A DNA stretch of 64,000 nucleotides from positions 325,996,001 through 326,060,000 of the forward strand of contig OZ024740.1 in assembly GCA_964016885.1 (NCBI GenBank), in the 5' to 3' direction. The DNA is from Eledone cirrhosa (lineage: Eukaryota). How positions within the stretch are numbered: the stretch's first letter is position 1; each line of letters begins with the position of its first letter. Below are positions 1-13,839 of this stretch, piece after piece. Made by a program: the position numbers and the translations under genes. A model generated the notes under the pieces. That model ran no database searches. It was given only the letters and a program-made list of their open reading frames with translations, and had not been told where the DNA came from.

Positions 1-3000
1 ATTGTGCCTTATAAAGTCTCATTCAGCCCATGCCAGAATTGAAAAGCAAGTATAGAAACATAATTTGTTTGTTCACATATGGTAATGTCGTAATACTGAA
101 ATATTTTCACTTACAAAAAATATTAAATCATGCATCATTATCAGCATCGTCATTGTTATTGTTTTACATCCGTTTTTCAAACTGACAGACATTTGTAATT
201 GGGTAGGTGAGGTGACTATTTTGTCAGATAAGCTTTGAGGTCAATTATATTGAAATAGTTCCATTCCGATGTTACTAAACCAAGGTAGTAACAACTGTGC
301 ATATTTCTTGCATATCACGGTGACATAACTGGTATTGGTTAACATATCAATGTCTAAGCTATTTACTACAGGCGATAATGACAACAACATTACCAAGTCT
401 CTCAAACAACGTTACCCAAGCTATATTATGCAGTCTCTCAAACAAATATGTGCTGAGGAATATTAATGTATTTAATGCAAATATTTTATAAGCATATTGA
501 ATGACCTTCATGGAAGCAGCTATCAACTGAAAGGTGTGTGGGTGGATGGGTGGTGCCTTAAATTATAAATGTTGCTACAAAACATTTCAGCATTAATTAC
601 TACCTTTTAAAACGAATCAAAATTGTTGCATAATTTTTCTCGCTTTGTTTCTTATTAATTCTTCACATTTCCAGATTTTTATTTTTGTGATAATCTTTAA
701 ATGTTTGTGCGCTTATTGTTTTGATTTTGTTTGTTGTCTTGAATCTCTTTAGTTTGTGATTTTAAATTCTAGGCCTCATATGCAGCATGAATGAACAGGA
801 AGTGCTTGCAATATGCTATGAGTGATGGGTGAGCAGTTATATTTAGTGTATGTATGATACAATAGTAGCCTTTTGTATTAACCCTTCTACTACCATATGG
901 TTAATGAAAGACACTGTTCAAATAATTCTGAAAATAATTTGAAGGTATATAGTAATATAACTTTCTCATTAAGCTGGTGGTTGGAACACAACTTCACAAA
1001 GGTTCTTACATAGAATTGATACGATTTTAGATAAATATAAACATTTAAAAATAATCTGTATTAATAACACCTACAAGATGATGTAGTTGATAGGAAGTAC
1101 AGAAAAAATTTAACATTTAATTTTCAAATATTAGGGAAATGAAGTCTGCAGATTACGAAGAATTCTTTTGTTCTTTTCATAATTCGTCATTAGACTGGGG
1201 TCATTCTGGAGCACTTCCCTGAAGAGATTTCAGATGATTATATTGACCCCAGTATTTTTTTTTTTTCAAGTCCAGGAATTCTTTTATCAATATCTTTTTT
1301 GGTTAAACCTGTAAGTTACTGGACATAAAAGTAAGCATAAACACACACACACATGCATGCATGTGTGCGATGGGTTTCTACACACGTTCTATCAACATAC
1401 TTTTACTCGTATAGCATTGATCAACTACACGAGACACTTCCCCAAGATGCCAAGCAGCAGGATTGAATCCAGAACTGTGTGCTAAGCAAACTCCTTAACT
1501 CCATAGCTATGCTTCTATATGTAGTTGGCCTTTGGAAGGACATGTAGCTGTAGAAACTAAATCAGAACAGTTCTGTTTGAGCAAGACTTGGTCACCTCAC
1601 CTGGCTTATCTCACAGCATGACAGCCTTTCTAACACATGCAAGAATGGAAAATAGATGCTAAACAGTGATGATGGGTTTCCACATACTCTGTCTATCAAA
1701 TTCTACTCAAAAGCATTGGTCTATCTGAGGCTATAGAAGACACTTGTCAAGTGCTGAACAGCAGAACTAAGTCCAGAACCCCATTATTGTGAACTCCCAA
1801 GCCACACAGCTATGTCTACATAGGAACAAGTGGAGTGTATATATTATACAAAGGATTGACTAATTGATTTCGTATGGACCTACAATTCCTGATGGAATCA
1901 TAGGAGTGCCAACACGACATTCTTGGTACTTTAAACCTGGCTAAGACCACTCTCCATGTCTGAAGACAGCTGAGCTCTCCCAGAAAAGGGATCTGGATAG
2001 AGATAGGTCTATAAACATAGAGAGCGATATATAGAAGAGGAAACAATTCCAGTACCAAACATAATTTTTTAATGACCTTGAAAGGATGAAAGGCAAAGTT
2101 GACCTTGGCAAGATTTGAACTCAGTGCAGAGAAAAATGTGTACCACAAAGGATTCTGACATTCTAATAACTGTCATTTCACCACCTGGATGATTGATTTT
2201 GCATTGAAGCAAAGAGAATAACACTGTTGAATCCATTAGCTTGAGAGGCTTTTCAGAAAGTATTTCAGTATTTATTCTGTACATTAAATATATGGATATA
2301 AACTTGACTACTGGTTTTCATGCAGATAGTGTCTCTGAATTATTTATTCTGGCTAATCAATTTTATTTGTTTACATTGGATGTTGTGAAGAATAGCCTAA
2401 AAAAAGCTAAACCTCATGAAAGAGATGACACAAAGCTGACTGCAGATATCATATAAAAAAAAACAGTCCACCAGTACAAATACTGCAACCACTAAATGTG
2501 GTGAGACCAGAGGCTACAGTGTTTGGCAATCGAATGGAAGCAATATAGAGATTGAGAAAACTCTGGGACAACCTCTCTAGTGATGGTGCCATGATAAAAT
2601 GCACCCAGTATACTCTGTAAAGTAGTGGTGGTGGTGGTGGTGGTGGTGGTGGTGGTGGTGGCCCAAAAAAACACCCAGTACATCATTAGAAAGGGCATCC
2701 AGCCACATAAACCATGTGGAATGTATGAGCAAGATCATGTCACTCCAACCTGTCTAGTCTTGGACCATAACCTGTCCAACCCATGCCAATGTGGAAGGAG
2801 GAACTAAAAGGATTAAATATGTTGATATATATTGTTTTTTTTATACAGGTGTCGTCTCTGAATTATTCATACTCTCTCCAATTGATTTTATTTTTTATGC
2901 CAACCAGTGTACAATCTTATATATTTACTCAGATATTATTTTTTAATCCTATTTTGGCCTGGTACACGGGTTAAGCATGGTACACAGAAGGTTGTAAGAC

Positions 3001-3224
3001 AGAAGCATGTTCAGAGTTCTCTCCCATACTTGCTGAAATAAAATATTGAATATACTTATTTCTAGTTAGTTCTATCTCTCTTTTTGTTTAATACTCTATT
3101 TTGCATTCAATATGATCAATAAAAATACTGCTCTATATATTGAGTTCTTTGTCAGAAAGGTGACCATTACTAGTAGCCATATTAAGTGCAGGGCCTTATA
3201 GCTAATAAAGAAATAATTATTTAG

Positions 3225-4522
3225 TAATAATAATAAAAATAAATTATGTGCTCAAGTGCACTGTAAAACGATGATGAATAATGTACAAATGTCAGGAAAG
3301 TGAACAGTGTGCCATGATATGCATGCACGCATGCATCCATGCATGTGTATAGAGGGAGAATATCGGGTGTAGTGTTGGCAAATTTCAGGAAGTTTTGAAG
3401 GATGAAGTGTCTCGGCAGCTAACAATTGATGCAGCTAATTTGTTCCATGCTTCAAATCTGACCATGAAAAAATGTTTCCAAAAGTCATGGGATCTGTACT
3501 GTTTTCTGACTTTGTAGGCATACCCACAGGTGTTAGTCACATGGAATTCAAAAAGGTGCTCAGGGTTGTTGTTGGCAAGATGGTTAATAATTTTGTGGGT
3601 GTCTACCAAGTCAGTTGCCAGATGTCAAAGCTTTAATGTGTCCGTGTCCAGGGAAGCAAGGCTTTCAGAGTATGGTAGATGCCTGCTAGAGGGTATTCGT
3701 TTGGTTGCACATCTCTGAACAGTTTCAAGGAGGTCAATATTCTGAGCAAGATAGGGGTTAGACTGGTGACACAAATTCTAAGTGTGGCCGTATCATAGCT
3801 ATATACAGCTTTAAATAGATAGCTGGATAGCGGCTGACAAAGGTCTTACTGAGATGCCAAGACACCTCAGCCTTCTTGACAAGTTTAGAAATGTGCTTTG
3901 TCCAACACAAATCGCTTGACATTAATGCCCAGGTCACATGCACAAGAAAACTTCTTGAGATTAGTGTTGTGGAGGGAGTATGTGGATACTGGGTTTTTCC
4001 TCCCAAAGTGCATGGTAGTACATTTGTCCACAGCCAGCTTGAGTTGCTAGTCCATAATCCATTGCAGCATTGTCCAGATCTGATTGCAGGAAAGATCTAT
4101 AGTGTACAGGATCTGTCCTTCTCAAGGTACAGCTTGATGTCATCTGAATAGTTCAGCACTGTGGCATTAAGTTGGCATCTGTCATTAATATATGCAACAA
4201 AGAAAAGGAGACCAAGAACAGATCCCTGCGATACACCAGATGTCATCTGCTAGGGTGAAGAATGGTGTCGTAGAACTGTGAATACCTCTTTTCAACTGAG
4301 AATGAAAGACTCCAACCAGTTATAAAGATCATCTCACTCCCTTTGCAGAGAGGCATAGTTGCACTTATTCTTAAGGTGGCGTCGCAGCATTGCAAGTGTA
4401 AGTTCCATAGTTGTTATAGAATTTGATGTCAGATGTTGTGGTGATGGTACATTTTGGTTTTCAACAGTAAAAATGCCTGCATAGCATTTAGCAATAAGTT
4501 CTGCAAATTCTTTGGGATAGTC
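3225..4522 (-). mobile_element. Older diverged copy of the CR1-type LINE with an internal deletion
   Basis: IRPHLEFVSPV and HDFWKHFFMVRFEAWNKL; colinear with 46000-47130, then jumps to sequence like 59985-60140. Confidence 0.88.
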
Positions 4523-4685
4523 AGCAGTAATGTTAGAGCATTGGACAACATGGTTTGAGGCATAGTTACAGCCCTTTATGTTCTCGGTTCAAATCCCGAG
4601 TTTAGCTTTGCCTTTCATCCTTATGGGATCAATAAAATAAAGTACCAGTTAAGTACTGGGGCAGTAAAATCAACTTTCACCCTCA

Positions 4686-4717
<32 letters not shown>

Positions 4718-5015
4718 TATTGGTCTTGGGTAAATGTTGAGTTCAAATCCCACTGAGGGTTAGCTTTGCCTTTCATTCTTACAAGGTCGATAAAATAAAG
4801 TACCAGGTCATGCACTGGGGTCGATTAATCAACTTTCCCCTCCCTGAAAATTGCTGGCCTTGTGCCTATATAGTAATTGTGTGTGTTGGCTCCATCTGGT
4901 GTTTTTCTTATGACAGAACAAAACTTTAATCAAGGTGGAAAGAATGGTACTGGGCAGATTGCTTAGTGTGGTGTGTGTAGCTGTGTATGTTTATCATCAA
5001 TTAACTGGTGTTTTC

Positions 5016-5052
<37 letters not shown>

Positions 5053-5599
5053 TATGATATTTGCATCATTTAATGACTATTTTCTCTGCCTGTGTGTGTG
5101 GAGGGGGAGTAGTTAAAGCCACATGAAGCCAAGTGCTGATATAGGCACATATATACACACGTATACACTACACACATTACATACATATGCACTCCTCTTC
5201 CTCCTTGCTATGAAGTGTGTGTGTGAACGCACGCACACGTTAACATGGTTTCTTTAACACGCAGCATGAGATTTTTTTTTTTTTTAAAAAGAATCTGATT
5301 TGCAGTGCTCATAAGATGAAGAAAATTAATGCCATTTGACAACGGCAGTGGCTAAAAGTGTCTGAGAGATCTATGATGGTCCTTTAGATATCTCTGCTTA
5401 GAATTCTGGAATAGAACAATGGAATGAGGAAATAATTGTTCTTGGAATGCATGGAATAAAACACAATTATCAGAGCCAGCAATTATTGAAGAAATTTTTA
5501 TTTTTGTTGTAGCTTTGCTTAAAGTATTTTTAGCTTCCAGTTATGTCACTTTGCAAACTGTAGGCTCATGTTTCTTGTTTGAATAAGTAATCATTTGTT

Positions 5600-6320
5600 A
5601 TTAAATGTGGCACAAAGATAGTCATAATGTTTCGTGAAGATGGAGAGATCAATGCAGTTGAGTTTTAAATGTGGAAATGATAATGGGTACGTTTAGTGCG
5701 AATGAAGAGAAACAGAGGATCAAGATAATCGAGTTTTAAATGTGGCAAAAACAAGGTAAGGTTTAGCGAGAAGATAAATGTAGTTCAGATGTAGGTATGG
5801 CAAAGATAGTGATGTTTAGTGGAAATGTAAAGATCAAGGTTGTTGAACTTTAGAAGTGATAAAGGTAAGTGAAGTTTAGTGGAGAGTGACAGAGGATCTA
5901 AGTAGTTGAGCTGCAGATGTGGTAAAGACAGGGGTGAGGCTTATAAAGAGAGGGAGGATGAAGGCAGTTGGACTTTAGATGAGGTTCAAGGAATTTGAGC
6001 TTTAGATGGAGTAAAAGTTGTGGGGAGGATCAAGAAAGTTGAGCCACAGATGTAGCAAAGATATTTAGCGGAGAGAGATGAGGTAATTGAGCTTTAGATG
6101 TTGCTGTTTGTTACACTTCACATATAACATAGGTTTAGCTGACCTCTTATGAGGTTGCATGTCTCTTGGGCGTTTCCAAAATAGGGGCCAACAGTGATGT
6201 TTAGTGAAGGTAGAGGACCGAAATGATTCCGCTTTAAATGACAAGTTAGAGGTGAGGTTTAGTAGAGATGATCGAAGAGGTTGAGCTTTAGGTATGACAG
6301 TGAAGAGGTTAAATTGAATG
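5600..6320. repeat. Degenerate tandem array, unit about 60-65 bp, about 11 copies
   Basis: Recurring gtttagtggagag..gatcaagg.agttgagctttagatgtggcaaag. Confidence 0.8.
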
Positions 6321-9300
6321 ATGGATTAACCTTAACTCTAATCACTTTCAAGAACAAAAATGCCAGTAATATTTAAGTAGTAAATTTTAGGTGATACCTT
6401 ACTGACTTTACTGAAAAAACTATCTTAACGACTGTAGTTTATACAGATAATATATTCAATAACTGTTAACGGATTGATTACTTTATGTATATATTTGCTG
6501 TTGCAGTCTAGACACAGTATGTCTAGACTATTAAATGACAAATGTGTTGTCAAATCATTTGTCATAGTGTAATCACAGTTTCTAAATTCTTGGCCAAGCA
6601 AATAACCTGTTTTCTCTAATCAATATAAATGTTCTAATGAAAAATCAGGTTATTTTTCTTTGGTTTTGGTTTAAAGTACCTTCTAATAATTCTTTGCAAA
6701 AACATAAGAGGGATGGCATCAGATCTTTCTATATTCAGTACCATCAAACTCTACTGCTATCATTCTTTCACTCTCCTGTGACTCTTAACTGACAATCTGC
6801 TCTCACATACCATCACCAATAACTGTGGCTATCAATCATTCACATCTATATCCTATACTCCCACCTGTTACTAACCACCATTCTCCTCTCCATATGAGAT
6901 TGTTAGTTGACAATCTATCACTCACCGACCATCACTTATACCTTTCTATCTATCAATCACATCAATATTTATACCATCAATCGCTCTCTATTGCTAATCA
7001 TTTTCTCTCCATGAGAACACTGGGCTGACATTTACCACTCTCAATTATGACACATCTCTGTTGTCTACAATTGGCCTTTTCCTGCCAATACTTATTCCTA
7101 TTGTTATCCTATCACATTACTCATGCTGTTTTTTTTATTCAACTCCCTACAAACATGTAATTATTTCTCTCTCTCCTTCACACTTGCAATAATACTCTCT
7201 TCTTTCAACCTCTTGGCCATCACTCTACTTATATTTATACTCTCAACTATGTTTGCTATGAAAGAACTGAGATTAAGCAGAGAGGTTTGTTTAGCCTTGC
7301 AGGAGATAAAATTTATCCAGTACACACTGTAAATTGGTTGGCAGATGAATGGAAACAGCATAAGGTAGAGAAGACTATTTAGCCATGTCGGTGATATGAC
7401 CTCTCCAATACTAGTGCCATAATAAAATACGTCCTGTACATTATGTAAAGTGGCTAGCAATCTAACAGACAACATAGTGTACAGAAGAGGCTTTAGCCTT
7501 GTCCAGGACCTGACAATCTCTCTAGTGCTGGTGAATGATCACATACCCAAATACAGTGTATTTGGTGCATTTTCTTGTGGCACGAACACTGCCACTCTAC
7601 TGGACCTTTATCATGGGACCAGCACTACAACTTTACAGTGTACTGAGTGCATTATATTGTGGTACTAGCTCTAGAGAGGTTGATGTGTGGATCGACCAGC
7701 CTGAAGAGTCCTCTCTACCCTAGTGTATGGTGGATAAGAAAGTGGATGTATGGTGATCATCATCATTAAGACATAGAAGCCAGTTCTTTTATCAGACATA
7801 ATAATAATAATAATAATAATAATATTAATAATAATAATAATAATAATTATAATAATACTGATATTGTATCGTATTTCTAAACGTTCATGTTGCCACGTCT
7901 TGAATTTGAATGTTCTAAACTTAGATGAATTATTGATTTCTATCAGACTAGTTGTGATATGGTCAGTTTTTGGTCAGTGGAGTGGGTGAAGTGATATGGG
8001 GAGGAGTTAGAGGGAAGTTTGAGGAGAAGGTTGTGGGAGGATAGAGATAGGATATGGCAGGATAAGAAGTGTTATTTGAAATGAGAGAAGTAAAATAGGA
8101 AGAGACTTGCAAGCAATTGAAATGCATTCTTTTATATTAGATATTTTTCACATTTCAGAGGAATAAATGTGAGAAGTTGAACTTGGGAGCAAAATGTATA
8201 TTTATCTAAAAACCTTCCATCATAAGTTTACATAAGAACCTTTGTTGCAAACATCATCATTGTCATTTTAATGTCCTATTTCCCTGCTAGTAAGGGTTGG
8301 ATGGATCCATACAGACCAGTCAGTACTGAAGTGGAGCCTCTGATCGCCCAGGAAGTCTAGAGATTTGTGTGCTGATGTACTGCTTCATGTTCCATTGAGT
8401 GTTCAGAAAAGGTTATGCCTTTGACACAACTGAGGGTCCTCCCAGCCCTTTGTTTTGAAAGATTTCTATGGCTGGATGCCCTTTCTATCACCAACCACTT
8501 TACAGTGTGTACAGGATGTGTTTATCATGTCAATTGCCAACATTAGAGAAGTTGTCATGCCCTTGAAATATGGTAATGAAAGGGTTAGTGTTTATATTTA
8601 AAAACCTTCCATCATGATTTTATGTTCTAAACACCAGCTTCCTATTAAGTCAATTGTATTACTAAATCCCTCAATTAATTTTTGAAATTATTTGAAAATC
8701 ATAGGCAGCGTTTTTTATTTGGGAATATGGTAATGAGAGTTAGTGTTTATATTTGGAAATATGGTTACAAACAGGTCAAAGTATTTATATTTATTTAAAA
8801 CACTTCCATCATAATTTTATGTAAGAATGTTTGAATTAGGTTCCAAACACCATGTTATTAATGAAAGTTGATTATATTACTAAATCTCTTCAAATTGCTT
8901 TAGATTTTCAAATCAGAATTATTTTGAAACTAATGAGTCTTTCATTAGAAATACAGCAAGTAATTCCACTCCCCCGCCCTCAGTTTCCATAACTTTTTGC
9001 TTTAATAATTGAAAATAGGATTTTTGTCATTTTTTTAATTTATTTTTTCAATTTTATTGGTTTTGAAAAATATTGAGACTTAATCCCAAAACAACCTTGA
9101 ACTTTTTAATTTTATTTTTCGTTGAATTTTTTGTTTATTCTTAATCAGTGTAACCTGGACAGGTAGAATTAATAATGATGGATCCTCCGTTAATTTTGGC
9201 GATGAGCATTTAATTTTTCAAACAGAATATCTAACTTGTGAATATCTAAGTGGTTGAGTATTCTGCAGACACATGTACTCTTGGATCTTGAATAATCGTC

Positions 9301-9435
9301 CCCCACCCTCCCTCACTTATAAATTTTTCAGATTTTTGCAAAACCCCACCATTGCTTATCAAATTTTCCTAATCTGACGAAATTTTATTTTAAGTGGTAG
9401 CATTCCTGTGCCAATTAATTTGCTTTAAACATTAA

Positions 9436-9645
9436 CCCTTTAGCATTTACATTATTCTATATTTACTATTGTATTTTCACAGTAAACACTTTCTCACATT
9501 ATCTCACATAAAATCGAATCTACATGATTTTGATATTATGTTAATGTATTTTTCTCAAAATAAGTATGAGCGGCCAGTTATGGCTGGTTTGAACAAAGAG
9601 GTGAGAGAATTCTGGCCAGATATAGCCAGTTTAAATACTAAAGGG
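9436..9645. mobile_element. piggyBac-type MITE family 1 (other copies ~37412-37620 and ~54435-54636)
   Basis: TTAA|CCCTTTAGCATTTA ... TAAATACTAAAGGG|TTAA. Confidence 0.82.
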
Positions 9646-10059
9646 TTAAAAAAAAAATACATGGCAAATAAAAGTACATTACAAGAAATCCTGTTATAAA
9701 ATAAATAGGATGGGTTGGATCTCAATAGGTAAACTAAATGACTAATTCTTTTTTTTTTTTTTTTTTTTTTTTTAATTCAAAGACAAGACAACCTAGAAAA
9801 ATTATCGATATTCCAACCCCCTACCCCTTTATTTGGGACCCAAGAGTACCTTTAATTTAATTCTCAGGTTGAATCAGCATGACACATTGTGACAAGGTTG
9901 GCTCTGAATTACAGATATAATACATCTTGTAAGTGGTTGATTACTCCGGACGTGTCTGTACCCTTAATTTAATTCTGACAGAATTAGCATAATACAATGT
10001 GACATGGCTGGATCTTTGAATTACAATTACTATCCATCTTGTATGTGGTCTTATTAATA

Positions 10060-10490
10060 GGGGGTCAGGGTGTTGCTAGTTGTCATGGCGGTGGGTTTCC
10101 TGGTGTCAGTTACTGTTGTGGTCAAGTTGCTAGTGGTGGTGGTGTTGCTAGGTGTGATGGGGGTGTTGGTGGGGATGTTGGTAATTGTTGTAATGTTAGT
10201 AATGTTGGAATTGGTAGTGGAGATAATGGTGGTAGTAGTGGTGGGGTTGCTAGTGGTAGTGTTGCTGATGATAGTAGAGGTAGTGGTGGTGTTGCTTGTG
10301 GCAATGAAGATAATGGTGGTAGTAGTGGTGGGGTTGGTAGTGGAGATAGTGGTGGTGGTGCTGCTAATATTTGTAGTGGTGGTGGTGGTGGTGGTGGTGT
10401 TGCTGGTGGTTGTGGTGGTAGTAGTGATGGTGTTACTGGTGGTAGTGGTCCTGCTGTTATTAGTGGTAGTATTTGTAATGGTGTATTGTA
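10060..10490. repeat. Degenerate (GGT/AGT/GTT)n low-complexity tract
   Basis: Trinucleotide periodicity with ORFs open in several frames. Confidence 0.85.
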
Positions 10491-12216
10491 TCATCTCTAG
10501 TGATATCATAGATATTTAATGGATATTTCTATTATAGCATGGCTGACTGAGTATATATGAAATATTTACATATAAATAGTAAAAAGCAACATATTACAAC
10601 CAATGACAGTCCGTAATGTGGATTATTCAACCTTGAAATAAGAATTAAAGCTATTTTTTTTCTATGAGTAGCAGAGGGGGACTATAGGAACTACGTAGAT
10701 GGTTGTTTTTAATCACTTGCTGTGTAATGACTGGTATATCATCTTTATAAATGGATCTCCATAATAAGACGGGTAGTGTATTAGTATATCATCATCATAA
10801 CTGTTTTACATCTTTTTTTCATGCTTGCATGGGTTAGGTTAGTCGTCCTGACCTGAGGCTAGACAGGCAGGTCAAACTGTCTTGCTTACCTATTCTATTT
10901 TGGCATGAATTCTTCAACTGAATGACCTTCCTCACACCAACCATTTCATGGCATGTATTGTGTATTGTTTTTTTTTTTATTGATACCAGCATGGCCACTT
11001 CAGTGCCAGCTGGGTCCTCTATTTTGTGGCACCAGCACTGCCACTTTACCATGTGAGCTGGGTGCATGTTTATCATGCATTTTATCGTGATACCAGTACT
11101 ACCACATTTCAACACTAACACACTTATATCCTTGGTTGGGCTGGGAGGACAGTGATAGAAAGGGGGCACACTAGAGTGGGGTTATTTTGTTGCATATTAC
11201 TTATAGGTGAGGGTAGGCCTTAGGGTGAGTGAGTGACATCTGGCAGCATTTTGCAGGTGGATGTGCACAAGGCTGTGTTCAAAAACTGAATGCCCATGCA
11301 ACATGGACATGTCTTTTCCTCATCAGCTAACTACTGGAGGTCAATATGATTTCTGTGCTTTAAAGTTATTATTGTTCCTTCTGTGTACTAAGAATTGCAA
11401 CATGACAAAATACAGTAAAATAGGACATGTCTTTTTGACCAACTTCACATTTAGAAGGGAGAAAGTGTACATAGAAGCTATGGTGGTTCTACAGAAGATG
11501 AAGTGATGAAAGAAGGTACAGTGAGCAACAATTAGCCAGGAGGAAATAAATAAATTTGGTCGTTAGTCCTAAGACAGAATTGCATAACAATGTTGACAGT
11601 TAGGAGACTGGCCGCAAATTAAGTGCAGAAATGGCATGAGATCAGGTAGAAGGGAGAGGAATAGATAGACAGAAGAAAGGAGGGGGAGAGATATAGAGGA
11701 AGTGATGAAGAGAAAGAAAAAAGGGTCGCAGATGGTGTATAGCCTATTTTTAGAAGTCAATGATGACTTACACTGGGTTAGGGCAATAATTCAAACTCTG
11801 AGCACATGTGACATGGACAAAGGAAAAACATGGACATATCCCTTTATCAACTACTGGAGACATACACGCACATATACTACTGTATTCATTACTTCATTAT
11901 AAATGGAATTGCATCAGGGAAGGATAACTTATTTGGCTATAAATTGTTTTCTCTTTCGTCTCTCACTACTTTGGACAGCATTTGGCGTATGTCAGAAGCT
12001 GTGATCCCAAATGGACCAGCAGTACCATTGGTAGGGGGTCAAAACTGCCCATCTCAACGGCCGATGATCATGGAGTTCTGTGTCCTTCGTTTAAATGTTT
12101 TTTTAAATAATTTCTTTAAGTTTCCCCCTAAATTGTTTTCAGTATTTTGTTTTGTTTCCGTTTTTGTCTTGTCCTTTCTTTGTTAATTTTCTTATCTATA
12201 TATAGTTATATATATA

Positions 12217-12411
12217 ATTGTTTCTACTTTTGGCACAAGGCCAGCAATTATCCCAGTGTATTACTGGTACTTTATTTTATCGACCCCCCCCCCCCGTAAG
12301 GATGAAAGGCAAAGTTAACCTCGGCAGGATTTGAACTTAGAATGGCAAGGGCCGTAACTCTATGCGTCAAAGCAGGGCGTCCGACCCTCTACCAATACTG
12401 CCAATCCACCA
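12217..12411 (-). mobile_element. SINE family 1 copy
   Basis: Same A/B boxes and core as 49885-50069. Confidence 0.85.
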
Positions 12412-12540
12412 CTAAAATAAAGATGCGTCTGAGAAAATTACAATCACTTTGTTAAATTTCAGTATACCGCTCATTTGTAATTGTTCTTACATTCTTTGTA
12501 AATTATCTCCTGTTATATTTGATATATATATATACATATA

Positions 12541-13800
12541 CAGGGTGCGAACAATATTTGTTAGCAAGATTACTGTCTAGGAAAAAATAAGTTTTGTTTT
12601 TAAGATTTTATCAAACTTGGGTCAGTTTGTCTTCATGACTTGTTCTTTTGATCTCACTCGATAAACCCGCCATTGGCTTTGATGACGGCCTCAAGGCAGC
12701 CTCGGAACCAGCTACAGGCTTTCGACACTGTCCCCTGACTTAGGCCTCTAAAGGCACTTGTGATCCTGGCCTTCAGATCGTCTTTCGTATTGCAGCTAGA
12801 TCTGTTGGCGTCTTGTTTCACTGTGCCCCCACATGAAGTCAAGGGGCTTGCAATCGGGTGAAGTGTGGTCGACGAAGTTCTCTGACAGCCAGGCTTGGGT
12901 CTTTTGGCTGGTATGGCAGGGCGCTGAGTCTTGCTGCCACACGTACAGCCTAACTGCAGCTACCTGGTCGATCCAGGGCTTTACTACCTTGCTCAGAACG
13001 TGGATGTAGCCATCGGTGTTCAGCTTGAGGCCCTCAGGGAAGAAGTGAGGTGGCATGACGTCACCTTGACTGCTAACAACACCTAAGACCAATGTTGTTG
13101 CTGGAAATTTTGTCTGCATGACTGTGGGCATGTCTTTGGATGAGACAGCGAGCCACCTGTTGTTCTGGGAGTTGATCTTCTGGTCTTGGCAGAAGTTTTT
13201 CTCGTCGGAGAAAAACCACAGCATGTCTGGCTCCAGTGGGTGTTCCAACTTGTTGATCAGCTCCTTTGCGTGCTTCAGTCGCTTTTCTTGCATCGCTTTT
13301 GACAGAAATTGTCCTTTCCTCATCTTGTATGAAACGTAGCGAATGTCTTCATGTACCACCAGCCTAATGAGCTTTTCATCCACGCCTTTCTCCCTTGCAA
13401 TGGCACGCATCGGGTTGCTAGATTCATTGTTGAGGATATCCTTCAGCGACGAACTCGGGCGTTCTGAAGGCATCAGATCGTCGATCATGCGTTTTCCTCT
13501 CTGATGTTGATTCGTAGTCGAATCCTGAATCTTCCAGTTCCTTTCTGACCTTTTCCACCATTCTCCTGCTGACGCTGAGAAAGTCTGAAATTTCCTTATT
13601 TGTCCTCCCGGCGCGGATTCCAAGAAGAACTCCGTGTCTCTTCCACAAATTTGGAGGTTCAAAATTATTCATAATCAATTATTCTGAAAATAAATAATGG
13701 AAATGTAGTCAGTTTTTATGAAGACAAGAGTGACAACGGAAGTAAAAAAAATTTGCATAAAATTAGCAGTGGAAAATTGCGAACAAATATCGTCCGCACC

Positions 13801-13803
<3 letters not shown>
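12541..13803 (-). mobile_element. Tc1/mariner DNA transposon, DD37D (maT)-like, complete ends, defective transposase
   Basis: TIRs cagggtgcgaacaatatttgttagcaa and ttgcgaacaaatatcgtccgcaccctg; inserted in a TA run. Confidence 0.92.
12654..13672 (-). pseudogene. mariner-family transposase with frameshifts and an in-frame deletion
   Basis: HTH N-terminus (ORF 13424-13678), WFFSDEKNF, WQQDSAPCH, SPDCKPLDF, C-terminus in ORF 12654-12842. Confidence 0.9.

Positions 13804-13839
<36 letters not shown>

Noticed and set aside
10039-10519. Mucin-like Thr-rich, Gly-rich and Val-rich ORFs
   Set aside because: Frames on both strands are open because of the trinucleotide low-complexity tract; no convincing splice context
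11050-11275. Long-range inverted repeat with 45250-45490
   Set aside because: Real similarity, but short, ~34 kb apart and best explained as two copies of a dispersed repeat
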